Assembly (NCBI GenBank): GCA_963779685.1
Contig: CAVZZG010000001.1
Coordinates: 411,458 to 475,457, forward strand
DNA from: an uncultured Actinomycetes bacterium
Lineage (GTDB): Bacteria; Actinomycetota; Thermoleophilia; Gaiellales; F1-60-MAGs149
DNA: 64,000 nt
Direction: 5' to 3'
Part shown: piece by piece, positions 27,581-37,880 of the stretch
How the letters are laid out: each line of letters opens with the position of its first letter
How positions within the stretch are numbered: the first letter of the stretch is position 1
Notes under the pieces: generated by a model
Seen by the model: only the letters and a program-made list of their open reading frames with translations
Databases searched by the model: none
What the model was told of the DNA's origin: nothing
Program-made: the position numbers and the translations under genes

Positions 27581-28945
27581 ATGCCCTCCGCACCGCTGCG
27601 AGTCGCCGTCGTCGGATCCGGACCGGCCGGTTTCTACGCCGCCGGGCACCTGCTGGCGGGCGGCGCGGAGGTCGACCTCTTCGAGCGCCTGCCGACGCCG
27701 TGGGGGCTCGTCCGGCTCGGCGTCGCGCCCGATCACCCGAACATCAAGTCCGTGTCGCGCGTGTTCGAGAAGATCGCGGCCCGGCCGGGATTCCGCTTCT
27801 TCGGCAACGTCGAGATCGGTCGGCACCTGTCCCGCGACGACCTCATGCGTCACTACCACGCCGTCGTGTGGAGCGTCGGCGCGCCCGACGACCGGCGGAT
27901 GGGCATCCCCGGCGAGGACCTGCGCGGCTCGCTGTCCGCGACGGCCTTCGTGGCCTGGTACAACGGGCACCCCGACTACCGCGACCAGCCGGTCGACCTC
28001 GACGTCGAGCGGGTGGTGGTGGTGGGCAACGGCAACGTCGCGCTCGACTGCGCGCGCATGCTCGCGCTCACCCGCGACGAGCTCGCGCCGACCGATACGG
28101 TCGATCACGCCATCGAGGCGATCGTCGCATCCCGGCTGCGCGAGATCGTCGTGCTGGGGCGGCGCGGGCCGGCGCAGGCCTCGTTCACCAGCCCGGAGGT
28201 GCAGGAGCTGGGCGAGCTGGCGGGAGCCGACGTGCTCGTCGATCCTGCCGATCTGGACCTCGATCCCGTCAGCGAGGCGAGCCTGCACGACGACGGCTCG
28301 GTGATCCGGCGGCGCAACGTCGAGATCCTGCGCGAGTTCGCCACGCGGGCCCGGTCGGGCCGGCCGAGGACCGTGCAGCTCCGCTTCTTCGCGTCGCCGC
28401 TCGAGGTGCGCGGCCATGGCCGGGTCGAGGAGATCCTCGTCGGCCGGAACCGGCTGGAGCCGGGCCCGGACGGCAGCCTCCGCGCCGTTCCGACCGGCGA
28501 GACCGAGGTGGTGCCGTGCGGCCTCGTGCTGCGCAGCGTGGGCTATCGCGGCACCCCGCTGCCGGGCGTGCCGTTCGACCACGGTCACCACGTCATCCCG
28601 AACGATCGCGGCCGCGTGGTCGACGAAGACGGCCGGCCGATTCCGGGCGAGTACTGCGCCGGCTGGATCAAGCGCGGCCCGAGCGGGGTGATCGGCACCA
28701 ACAAGAAGGACGCCACCGAGTCCGGCGACCTGCTGCTCGCCGACGCCGCCGAGGGACGCCTGCCGGCGCCCGCCGATCCCTCGCCGGAGGGGGTCGAGGA
28801 GCTCGTCGCCCAACGCTGCCCGGATGCGATCGAATACACCGGCTGGCTCGCCATCGACGCCCACGAGCGCGGCCTGGGCGAACCCCACGGCAGGCCTCGC
28901 GTGAAGCTCGCGAGCTGGCCCGAACTGCTCCACCACGGCCGGTGA
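27581..28945 (+). CDS. fprA: NADPH:ferredoxin reductase, adrenodoxin-reductase (FprA) type
   Basis: ATG 27581 inside track ORF 27398..28945. VAVVGSGPAGFYAA, VVVVGNGNVALD, CAGWIKRGPSGVIGTNKKDA. Confidence 0.85.
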   Translation: MPSAPLRVAVVGSGPAGFYAAGHLLAGGAEVDLFERLPTPWGLVRLGVAPDHPNIKSVSRVFEKIAARPGFRFFGNVEIGRHLSRDDLMRHYHAVVWSVGAPDDRRMGIPGEDLRGSLSATAFVAWYNGHPDYRDQPVDLDVERVVVVGNGNVALDCARMLALTRDELAPTDTVDHAIEAIVASRLREIVVLGRRGPAQASFTSPEVQELGELAGADVLVDPADLDLDPVSEASLHDDGSVIRRRNVEILREFATRARSGRPRTVQLRFFASPLEVRGHGRVEEILVGRNRLEPGPDGSLRAVPTGETEVVPCGLVLRSVGYRGTPLPGVPFDHGHHVIPNDRGRVVDEDGRPIPGEYCAGWIKRGPSGVIGTNKKDATESGDLLLADAAEGRLPAPADPSPEGVEELVAQRCPDAIEYTGWLAIDAHERGLGEPHGRPRVKLASWPELLHHGR

Positions 28946-28953
28946 GTGGACCG

Positions 28954-29733
28954 ATGCGAACGCCCTCCGTTCCTGTCCATGCCGTGCCCCACGTCGAGGC
29001 CGCGTTCGATGCCGGACCCGGCGCGCGCGCCTCGCTCGGCCTGATCGCACTCGCCACCGACCGGGCCTGCCCCGGTGACGTCGCCGCCTTCCTGCCCGAC
29101 GACCCGGCGGTCGAGGTGTTCACGCAGCGCATCCCGATGTCGCTCAGCGCCAACCCCGAGACGCTCGGCGCGCAGCACGCCCATCTGGCCGAGGCGGCCG
29201 CGAACCTCGTGCCGGGCAGCCGGCTCGACGTCATCGGGTTCGGGTGCACCTCGGCGGGTGCGGCGATCGGCCTCGACCGGGCGGAGGCGCTGATCGGCGA
29301 GGGCCGGCCCGGCGTGCCGGTCACGACGGCCCTCGGCGCAGCCGGTCGCGGCCTGCGCGCCGTCGGCGCCACCCGCATCGCCTTGCTGACGCCCTACGTG
29401 GACGCGGCGCACGCCCTGGTCGAGGACTACCTCGCCGGCCAGGGGTTCGACATGCTCGTGCGCGCCAGCTTCCACCTCGACGGCGATCCGGACATGAACC
29501 GGGTGTCGCCGGCCTCCCTGATCGAGACCGGTCGGGCGCTCGCCGCGGATGCCGGCGTCGACGCGCTGTTCCTCTCGTGCACGGGCATTCGGACGCGGCA
29601 CGTGATCGCACCGCTCGAGCAATTGCTCGGCATGCCCGTCCTGAGCTCGAACCAGGCGCTGGCGTGGGAGATGCTGCGAGTTGCCGGTTACGACGCTCCG
29701 GTGCCCGGACGCGGGATGCTCCTGCTCCTCTAG
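28954..29733 (+). CDS. Asp/Glu/hydantoin racemase superfamily enzyme (maleate isomerase / arylmalonate decarboxylase-like)
   Basis: ATG 28954 inside track ORF 27547..29733. Two Cys half-sites ..[10 protein letters not shown].. and ..[11 protein letters not shown].. in about 260 aa. Confidence 0.7.
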   Translation: MRTPSVPVHAVPHVEAAFDAGPGARASLGLIALATDRACPGDVAAFLPDDPAVEVFTQRIPMSLSANPETLGAQHAHLAEAAANLVPGSRLDVIGFGCTSAGAAIGLDRAEALIGEGRPGVPVTTALGAAGRGLRAVGATRIALLTPYVDAAHALVEDYLAGQGFDMLVRASFHLDGDPDMNRVSPASLIETGRALAADAGVDALFLSCTGIRTRHVIAPLEQLLGMPVLSSNQALAWEMLRVAGYDAPVPGRGMLLLL

Positions 29734-29743
29734 ACTCCCCCCG

Positions 29744-30946
29744 GTGAGCTACGAGGACATCTTCTCGGGCGCGCTCGACCGGCTGCGTGCCGAGGGCCGC
29801 TACCGGACGTTCGCCGAGCTCGAGCAGCTGCCCGAGTCCGGGCCCGAGGCGATCTATCACGGTCCGGACGGCGCGGCGCGGGTGACGGTCTGGTGCTCGA
29901 ACGACTACCTCGGCATGTCGCGGCACCCCGTCGTGGTCGGCGCCTCAGAGGCGGCCGCGCGTCGCGGCGCCGGCAGCGGTGGCACGAGGAACATCTCCGG
30001 AACCACCAGCTACCACGTCGCGCTCGAGCGCGAGATCGCCGACTGGCACGGCAAGGACGCCGCGCTCCTGTTCGCCTGCGGCTACCTGGCGAACCTGACG
30101 GCGCTGTCGACGCTGGGGGCCGCGCTGCCCGGCTGCGTGATCCTGTCCGACGCCCTCAATCACAACTCGATGATCGAGGGCATCCGGCGCAGCGCCGCCG
30201 AGGTGCAGATCTTCCGTCACAACGACGTCGAGCACCTCGATCAGCTGCTGGCGGCGCTCGACCCCGGGCGACCGCGGATCGTGGCGTTCGAGAGCGTGTA
30301 CTCCATGGACGGCGACATCGCGCCCGTGGCTCGCATCGTCGAGGTCGCCCGCCGGCACGGCGCGCTCACCTATCTGGACGAGGTGCACGCCGTCGGCATG
30401 TACGGGCCCGGCGGGGCGGGTGTGGCCGTGGCGGTCGGGGTCGCCGATCAGGTGGACGTGATCCAGGGCACGCTCGCCAAGGCGGTCGGCGCCATGGGCG
30501 GCTACGTCGCCGCGTCCGAGACCGTGATCGACCTGATCCGCTCGTACGGCTCGGGATTCATCTTCACGACCTCGCTCTCGCCGGTCGTCGTCGCCGCGGC
30601 GCTGGCAAGCATCCGCCACCTGAGGGTGTCCGATGGCGAGCGCCAGGCGCTGTTCGCGCGCGCCTCGTCGCTGCGCCAGGCGCTGCTCGCGGAGGGCCTT
30701 CCCGTCATGTCGCGGGAGAGTCACATCCTGCCGCTGCTCGTCGGCGACCCCGACCGCTGCCGTGCGGCGAGCGAGCGCCTGCTCGCGGATCACGCCATCT
30801 ACGTGCAGCCGATCAACTACCCGACGGTGCCGCGCGGGAGCGAACGCCTGCGGGTCACGCCCTCGCCCCTGCACGCCGACGCCGACGCCGACCGCCTCGT
30901 CCGGGCGCTCGCCGACGTCCTCGCGCCGCTCGCCGCCGCGTCGTAG
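29744..30946 (+). CDS. 5-aminolevulinate synthase-type alpha-oxoamine synthase
   Basis: GTG 29744 inside track ORF 29681..30946. [69 protein letters not shown] (PLP Lys), [34 protein letters not shown]. This matches ALAS closely, better than KBL or BioF. Confidence 0.85.
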   Translation: MSYEDIFSGALDRLRAEGRYRTFAELEQLPESGPEAIYHGPDGAARVTVWCSNDYLGMSRHPVVVGASEAAARRGAGSGGTRNISGTTSYHVALEREIADWHGKDAALLFACGYLANLTALSTLGAALPGCVILSDALNHNSMIEGIRRSAAEVQIFRHNDVEHLDQLLAALDPGRPRIVAFESVYSMDGDIAPVARIVEVARRHGALTYLDEVHAVGMYGPGGAGVAVAVGVADQVDVIQGTLAKAVGAMGGYVAASETVIDLIRSYGSGFIFTTSLSPVVVAAALASIRHLRVSDGERQALFARASSLRQALLAEGLPVMSRESHILPLLVGDPDRCRAASERLLADHAIYVQPINYPTVPRGSERLRVTPSPLHADADADRLVRALADVLAPLAAAS

Positions 30947-30956
30947 TGCTCTACAT

Positions 30957-32775
30957 CTAGACGGGCTCGGCGACCTCGTCGCGCGCGACGAGCGCCGCGT
31001 AGCGGCCGGCAGCGGCGAGCAACTCGGCGTGCGTGCCGCGCTCGACGATGCGGCCCTGGTCGAGCACGACGATCTGGTCGGCGTCGCGGATGGTCGAGAG
31101 GCGATGCGCGATGGCGATCGTCGTGCGTCCCGCCGACAGCTCGTCGAGGGCCTCCTTGACGGCCCGCTCCGTCTCGGCGTCCAGCGCGCTCGTGGCCTCG
31201 TCCAGCACCAGCACCCGTGGGTTCGCGAGCACCGTGCGGGCGATCGCGAGGCGCTGCTTCTCACCGCCCGAGAACCGGTGGCCGCGCTCGCCGACGACGG
31301 TGTCGTAGCCGTCCGGCAGGCGCGCGATCGTGTCGTGCACCTGCGCCGCGCGGCAGGCCGCCTCGATCTCCGCGTCGGTCGCCTCCGGGCAGGCGAAGCG
31401 GAGGTTCTCGCGGACGGAGGCGTGGAAGAGGTAGGTCTCCTGCGACACGACGCCGACCGTGCCGGCCAGCGAGGCGAACGTCAGGTCGCGCACGTCGACC
31501 CCGTCGATCGACACGCTGCCCTCCGTGACGTCGTACAGGCGGGCGATCAGGTAGCCGAGCGTGGTCTTGCCCGAACCGGTCTCGCCGACGATGGCGATGT
31601 GCGCCCCGGCCGGGGCATCGAGGTCGATGTCCTGGAGCGTCGGGCGCTCGCCGCCCTCGTAGGAGAACTGCACGTCGCGGAGCCGGACCTCCCCGCGCAC
31701 GCTGGCCGGGTCGAGCGTCCTCGCACCCTCGCGCTCGGCGATCTCGACCGGCAGGTCGAGGTACTCGAACACGCGGTCGAACAGGGCGAGCGAGGTCTGC
31801 ACGTCGAGACTCACCGAGAGCAGCTGGCCGACCGGGAAGAACAACCGCGTCTGCAGGGTCGTGAACGCGACCAGGGTGCCGATCGAGATCGCGGAATGCC
31901 CGTTCGACGTCGTCCAGCCGGCGAACCAGTAGACCGCTGCGGGCATGATCGCGAAGGTCATCTGGATGGTCGCCATCACCCACCGGCCGGCCATCCGCTG
32001 CTGTACCTCGAGGCCCGCCAGGCGCTCCGATTCGCCCTCGAAGCGGTTGGCCAGCTCGTCGCCGCGAGCGAACGTCTTGCCGAGCAGGATGCCGCTGACG
32101 GACAGCGACTCCGTCACCAGCGCGGACATGTCGGCCATCGTCCGCTGCCGGGTCGTCGTGATCTCCCGACGCTCGGCGCCGACCCGCCGGGTGAGCAGGA
32201 CGAACACCGGCAGCAGGGCGAACGCGAACAGCGCCAGCCGCCAGTCGAGCACGACCATCGCCACCGCGGTGGCGAGCACGGTCGTCACGTTCGAGGCGAT
32301 CGAGGTGGCCGTGGAGGTGACCACGGTCTGGACGCCGCCGATGTCGTTCGAGATGCGCGACTGCACCTCGCCGGTGCGGGTGCGGGTGAAGAAGGCCAGC
32401 GACAGGCGCTGGAGATGGCGGTAGACGGCCGCCCGGAGATCGTGCATCACTCGCTGGCCGACGATGTTCGAGAGGTAGGTCTGGGCCACGCCCAGCACCC
32501 CGCCGATGACCGCGATCGCGATCATCCCCGCGACGTCGATGTTGAGGCGGGTCATGTTCCTGGGTCGGGATCGCGACGTCGAGCACGTCCCGCAGCAGGA
32601 ACGGCGAGATCATGCTGATCAGGGCGGCCAGCACGATCAACCCCAGCACCAGGGCGAGTCGCAACCGGTAGGCCCGGAACAGCCCGACCACCCGGCGCAG
32701 GTTCTGGCGGCGCACGGTGCGGTCGGCCGGGCGCTCGGGCCGCTCGGGCGGGTTGAAGGTGCCGTGCCTGGACAT
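30957..32775 (-). pseudogene. ABC exporter, fused permease/ATPase (MsbA/MdlB type), frame-broken as assembled
   Basis: The N-terminus and TM1 (MSRHGTF..FRAYRLRLALVLGLIVLAALISMISPFLLRDVLDVAIPTQE) are in the frame starting at ATG 32775. The remainder (MTRLNIDVAGMIAIAV... Walker A GETGSGKTT, FSGGEKQR, VLVLDEAT) is track ORF 30957..32555. The frames differ by one base near 32556-32562. Confidence 0.85.
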
Positions 32776-32804
32776 GACCGGAGCGTATCGGCTACGTTTG
32801 CCGC

Positions 32805-34187
32805 ACGGACGCCGCGGATGTCACCGGCACGAGCGCGACCGCCCTGGCGGCCGCCATCCGGAAGCGCGAGCTTTCCGCCGTCGAGGTGCTGTAAGCCCAT
32901 GTCGCGCGGATCGCGCAGGTCAATCCGGCGCTGAACGCGATCGTGGCCGAGCGCTTCGGGCAGGCCCGGATCGAGGCCGCCGCGGCCGACGCGGCGGTTG
33001 CCGAGGGCGGGGATCTGCCGCCGCTGCTCGGCGTGCCGGTGACGATCAAGGAGGCGATCGCCTGCCAGGGGATGCCGTGGACGTCGGGGTCGCGGCTCCT
33101 CGCCGGCCAGGTCGCGGACCACGATGCGCCGGCGGTCGCCGGACTGCGCCGCGCCGGCGCGATCGTCCTCGGGGTCACGAACACCCCCGAGTTCTGCTGC
33201 TACTACGACACCGACAACCTGGTCTACGGCCGGACGTGCAACCCGCACGATGCGGCCCGCACACCGGGCGGCTCGTCGGGCGGCGAGTCCGCCGCCATCA
33301 GCGCCGGCCTCTCGCCCCTCGGCCTCGGCTCGGATCTCGGCAGCTCCGTTCGGCAGCCGGCAGCCTGGACGGGCATCTTCGGCCTCAAGCCGAGCGCCGG
33401 GCTGGTGTCGCTGCGCGGGCACCGACTGAGCTCGCCGCCCTCGTTCACGCGGTTCGGGTCGATCGGGCCGATGGCCCGGACGGCCGATGACCTCGCCGTC
33501 GCCCTGCGCGCCATCGCCGTGCGCCCGTACTTCGGTCCGACAGCCGAGCGATTCCCGATCGCCGTCTACGAGGATGATGGCCTGCAGCCCGTCGCGGCGA
33601 GCCTGCGTGCTGCGGTACGGCGCGCGGCGGATGCGCTGGCCGACGCCGGCCACGACCCCGCCGACGCGGCGCCGCCGCACGCGGGCGACGTCCGCCGCAT
33701 CTTCGACATCATGCTCCTGACGGAGGGCGCCGTCGCGTTCGCGCCGCAGTGGGCCGGTCGTGGGCACGAGATGTCGCGGTACGGCGCCGGCTTCGCCTCG
33801 GCCCTCGCCGGCTACGAGCCCGATCTCGGCGCGTACCTCGCCGCAGGCATGGAACTGGCCGGAATCGAGGCGGCCGTCGACGCCTTCTTCGAGCGCTATC
33901 CGATTGCCATCTGCCCGGTCGTCCCCGTCACCGCGCCGATCGCGGCCGAAGGGATCACGACCATCGACGGACGACCGGCGAACCCCGGCGGCAAGATGAC
34001 GCTGGCCACGTTCCCGAACGCGGTCGGTCTGCCCGCCGCGAGCGTCCCGGCCGGCCGGGACGCCGACGGCCTGCCGTTGTCGGTGCAGGTGATCGGCCGC
34101 CGTGATCACGACGGCGACGTCATCGCCGTCGCGCGCGTGCTCGAGGCCGCCCTTGGCGGGTGGGTCGAGCCTGCTCGGGCCTGCTAG
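32805..34187 (+). pseudogene. amidase (amidase-signature family), in-frame TAA and no canonical start
   Basis: Frame 3 reads (T)DAADVTGTSATALAAAIRKRELSAVEVL-TAA(32892-32894)-AHVARIAQVNPALNAIVAERFG.., then GVPVTIKEAI, GGSSGGESAA, GSDLGSSVRQPA (Ser-cisSer-Lys). Frame 3 is open only from 32778 and has no ATG/GTG/TTG before the TAA; 32805 is an ACG. The track ORF starts at GTG 32943. Confidence 0.8.
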
Positions 34188-35881
34188 CCGCGCTCGGCGC
34201 TGATCGCCGCGAGCACGCCCTGGGCGTCGTCGTCGCCGGGCAGGTCCTCGACCGCCAGCGGCAGCCGCACGCGCCAGTTCGGGTGCTCGTCCGTCGTCCC
34301 CGGCACGTTCGGCTGCACCGTCGCGCCGGTCACGTCGTCGAGGGCGGCGCACGCCAGCATCGAGGGCGTCGATGCCACCAGGGCGTGCAGGCGCCTCGTC
34401 TCCGACCGGGTATCGGCCGGTCCGAGGCCGCCGAGCAATCCGGCCACCGTGGGCAGGTCGTGGGTCGTGACCGCCGCCATCGCCAGTCGTGGGTAGTCCT
34501 GCGGCGGCCGGTCCTCGAACCGCGCCACGCGGTAGGAGAGGATGCCGTGGGCGGCGAGCGCCTGGCGCACCCCCGCCTCCACGGTGCCGAGGTCCTCGCC
34601 GATCACCAGGCAGCCCGCCCGCCGGCTCTCGAGCGCCAGGACGGCGAGCAGGTCGTGCGCCGGGTAGTGGACGTACGTGCCGGCCGAGGCGGGCATGCCG
34701 GCCGGGATCACGAACAGGCGGAACAGGCCCATCACGTGGTCGATCCGCAGCCCTCCGGCGTAGGCCATGTTCGTGCGCAGCAGCCGTGCGAACAGGCGGT
34801 AGCCGTCCCCGGCCAGCGCCGTCGGGTGGAAGGCCGGCACGCCCCAGTCCTGGCCCTGCGGTCCCAGCGGGTCGGGCGGCGCGCCGACTCGCACGCCCGG
34901 CAGGAGCGCGTCGCGATAGGCCCAGGTGTCGAAGCCGCTCGGCGCCGTCCCGACCGCGAGGTCCGTGACGAGGCCGACCCGCATGGCCGGAAGGGCCGCC
35001 AGCTGGTCGGTGACGAGCATCTGCAGGTAGGCGTGGTAGAGAGCTTCGTCACGGTCGCCGCGCGCCGTCACCCGCGAGCAGAACGCCGCCCAGCGGTCGA
35101 GATCGGGAGTCTCGTGGCGATAGGCCTCGAGCCGGTCGCGCCGGGCCTCCGGGAGCGCAGCGAAACACCGTCTCAGAGCGGCGTCCTTGGCCGCGAGCAC
35201 GGCGTCGCGATCGATCAGGGCGGTGGCCGTCAGGCGCCGGCCGGCGGCGGCCAGGGCCTCGCGATCGGCGACCGCCGCCCACTCGGGCACCCGCTCGACG
35301 GCGATGTGGAGAGGGTTGCGGAAGAACCGGCTGGACGCGAAGTACGGCGATGGCTCGCTGGGCACGGCCGGCGCCGGCGCGTGCAGCGGGCTCGTGAGGA
35401 CGAAGCCGGGTTCGCCGGTGGCGCCGACGAGCGCGGCCAGGTCGCCGAGATCGCCGATGCCCCAGCTGGCTGCGCTGTGGAGGGCGTAGATCTGTACCGC
35501 GAGGCCCCACTCGCGGCCGCCGGCGGCGAGGGCCCGCGGGAGGTGCGCCCGCTCGGGCGCGACGATCAGCGAGATGCGCGAGCGCTCTCGCACGAGCGTG
35601 TGGTATCCCACCGGCAGGTGCCCGGGCAGGGCCTCCGGCAGCGGCACCTCGACGCCGTCCTCGAGTTCCACGGTCGCGCGGCCGCCGCCATCCGGACGCC
35701 ACGGCTCCTGGCCCTCGCGGAACACGTACACCGGCGCCTCGCGGCCCGGCTCCGGCCCGAGCGCCGCGAGCACCGCCCGCAGCGTCTCGACGCCGACCTC
35801 GATCAGCTCGCCCGACATGCGATGGTAGGACGTCGAGACCCCCCGCCGTCCGGCCTCGGCACGCACCTGGTCGTCATGCAT
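34184..35881 (-). CDS. malQ: 4-alpha-glucanotransferase (amylomaltase)
   Basis: ATG 35881 inside track ORF 34184..36058. ..SPYFASSRFFRNPLHI.., ..QDWGVPAF.., ..GGLRIDHVMGLFR.., ..VIGEDLGTV.., ..TTHDLPT.. Confidence 0.9.
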   Translation of the reverse strand: MHDDQVRAEAGRRGVSTSYHRMSGELIEVGVETLRAVLAALGPEPGREAPVYVFREGQEPWRPDGGGRATVELEDGVEVPLPEALPGHLPVGYHTLVRERSRISLIVAPERAHLPRALAAGGREWGLAVQIYALHSAASWGIGDLGDLAALVGATGEPGFVLTSPLHAPAPAVPSEPSPYFASSRFFRNPLHIAVERVPEWAAVADREALAAAGRRLTATALIDRDAVLAAKDAALRRCFAALPEARRDRLEAYRHETPDLDRWAAFCSRVTARGDRDEALYHAYLQMLVTDQLAALPAMRVGLVTDLAVGTAPSGFDTWAYRDALLPGVRVGAPPDPLGPQGQDWGVPAFHPTALAGDGYRLFARLLRTNMAYAGGLRIDHVMGLFRLFVIPAGMPASAGTYVHYPAHDLLAVLALESRRAGCLVIGEDLGTVEAGVRQALAAHGILSYRVARFEDRPPQDYPRLAMAAVTTHDLPTVAGLLGGLGPADTRSETRRLHALVASTPSMLACAALDDVTGATVQPNVPGTTDEHPNWRVRLPLAVEDLPGDDDAQGVLAAISAERG

Positions 35882-35918
35882 TCCCGGGGGCCCTGCCGAT
35901 ACGGTATCCAGGCACTCC

Positions 35919-37880
35919 TTGGCTTCCCTGTCCGACCATGCGACGAGTTCTGCCTTCACCCGGCTGCTTCCGGGCGGTCTCGACCTGGCCGTCTTCTCGC
36001 ACGCCGCCACCGGGGTCGACCTCTGCCTGCCCGACCCCGACGGCCGGGAGCGGCGCATCGCGCTCGAGCGCGATGGCGATCTGTGGCGTGGTCACGTACC
36101 GGGGATCGAGCCGGGCCGGCGCTACGGTCTGCGAGCCTACGGGGCGTATGACCCGGCCCGTGGCGACCGTTTCGATCCGGCACGGATCCTGATCGACCCC
36201 CATGCCCGGGCGGTGGCCGGCGTCTGGAGCGTCGCACTGGCCGATTCCCCGGGCGACACCGGCCCCCGGCCGCGGCGGCCGTGGGCGGACACGGTGATCT
36301 ACGAGGCGCACGTCCGCGGACTCACGCGCCTCGACCGCAGGATCCCGGCCTGGCAGCGCGGCACCTACGCGGCGCTCGGGCACCCGGCCGTGATCGCCGA
36401 CCTGCGCGCGCTCGGCGTGACGGCGATCGAGCTGATGCCGGTGGCCGAGTTCCGGAGCGAGGCTTCGCTGGTCGCCCGCGGCCGCACCAACTACTGGGGG
36501 TACAGCCCCGTCGCCTTCCTCGCACCCCACGCCGCGTACGCCGCGTCCGGGCCCTTCGGCGGTCAGGTGGAGGAGTTCCGGGCGGCCGTGCGGTCGCTGC
36601 ACGAGGCGGGGATCGAGGTGCTCGTGGACGTCGTCTTCAACCATACGGGCGAGGGCGGTCCCGACGATCCGGCCTGGTCGCTGCGCGGCCTCGACAACCG
36701 GGCGTACTATCGCGCGGATCCCGGCGACCCGTCGCGCTACCGCGACGTCACGGGTACCGGCAACACGGTCGACGCCGGCCACCCGGCGGTGATCGCGCTC
36801 GTGATGGACGCGCTCCGGCACTGGACGACGGTGCTCGGCGTCGACGGCTTCCGCTTCGACCTCGCGGTCACCCTCGGCAGGGCCGAGGACGGCTTCGACC
36901 CGCGGGCGCCGCTGCTGACCGCCATGGCGACCGACCCGGTGCTCGCGGGCGTGAAGCTGATCGCCGAGCCGTGGGACCTCGGTGGCGGCGGGTATCGCCT
37001 CGGCGGCTTCCCGCCGCCCTTCGCCGAGTGGAATGGCGAGTTCCGCGACCTGACGCGCGAGTTCTGGCGCGGGCGGGCGACCACCGGCGAGCTGGCCCGG
37101 GTCTTCACCGGGTCCTCGGATACCTTCGCGCCCTCCGGCCGCGGCCCGCTCGCGAGCATCAACTTCGTCGCCAGCCACGACGGCTTCACGCTCCGCGACA
37201 TCGTCTCCTACGACCACAAGCACAACCTGGCCAACGGCGAGGACAACCGGGACGGCGACGACCACAACCGGTCCTGGAACTCCGGGCGGGAGGGCGAGAC
37301 CGACGACGCCGCCGTGCTCGAGTTGCGCCGCCGTCGTGTGCGCGGGATGCTCGCGACGGTGCTCCTGTCGACCGGCGTGCCCATGTTCCACGCCGGCGAC
37401 GAGCACGGGCGCACGCAGCATGGCAACAACAACACCTACTGCCAGGACTCCGCGCTGACGTGGCTCGCGCCGGGCGGCGATGACGACCTCCGTGCCCTTG
37501 CCGCGACGCTGATCGAGCTGCGGGCCGCCCACCCGGTACTCCGCCGGGCCCAGTTCTTCACCGGCGACGCCGGGAATGGCGCGGCGACCGACATCCGCTG
37601 GTTCGCGCCCGACGGCCGCGAGATGGGCGAGATGTGGTGGCAGGCGGCAGAGGTACGCACCGTCGCGCTCCACCTCGACGGCGGCGCGGTGGCTGCGCCT
37701 GCGGACACCCTGTTCATCGCCTTCCACGCCGGCGACGATCCGGTCGTCGTGACCCTCCCGGCGTCCCTCGAGGGGTACGAGCTGCTGCTGGACTCGGCCG
37801 ATCCGGGCCGCCTGGAGCCTGAGCTCCACGAGCAGGTGGAGGTCGGACCGTGGTCGGTCGTCATGCTCCGGGCTCGCTGA
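35919..37880 (+). CDS. glgX: glycogen debranching enzyme
   Basis: Track ORF (TTG start; N-terminus uncertain). ..DTVIYEAHVRGLT.., NYWGYSP, VDVVFNHTGEG, GVDGFRFDLA, IAEPWD, FVASHDGFTL. Confidence 0.85.
   Translation: MASLSDHATSSAFTRLLPGGLDLAVFSHAATGVDLCLPDPDGRERRIALERDGDLWRGHVPGIEPGRRYGLRAYGAYDPARGDRFDPARILIDPHARAVAGVWSVALADSPGDTGPRPRRPWADTVIYEAHVRGLTRLDRRIPAWQRGTYAALGHPAVIADLRALGVTAIELMPVAEFRSEASLVARGRTNYWGYSPVAFLAPHAAYAASGPFGGQVEEFRAAVRSLHEAGIEVLVDVVFNHTGEGGPDDPAWSLRGLDNRAYYRADPGDPSRYRDVTGTGNTVDAGHPAVIALVMDALRHWTTVLGVDGFRFDLAVTLGRAEDGFDPRAPLLTAMATDPVLAGVKLIAEPWDLGGGGYRLGGFPPPFAEWNGEFRDLTREFWRGRATTGELARVFTGSSDTFAPSGRGPLASINFVASHDGFTLRDIVSYDHKHNLANGEDNRDGDDHNRSWNSGREGETDDAAVLELRRRRVRGMLATVLLSTGVPMFHAGDEHGRTQHGNNNTYCQDSALTWLAPGGDDDLRALAATLIELRAAHPVLRRAQFFTGDAGNGAATDIRWFAPDGREMGEMWWQAAEVRTVALHLDGGAVAAPADTLFIAFHAGDDPVVVTLPASLEGYELLLDSADPGRLEPELHEQVEVGPWSVVMLRAR

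Noticed and set aside
32892-32894. In-frame TAA as evidence of stop-codon reassignment
   Set aside because: It is a single instance. All other genes terminate normally, TGA/TAG/TAA are otherwise absent from conserved frames, and a G-to-T change of GAA explains it.
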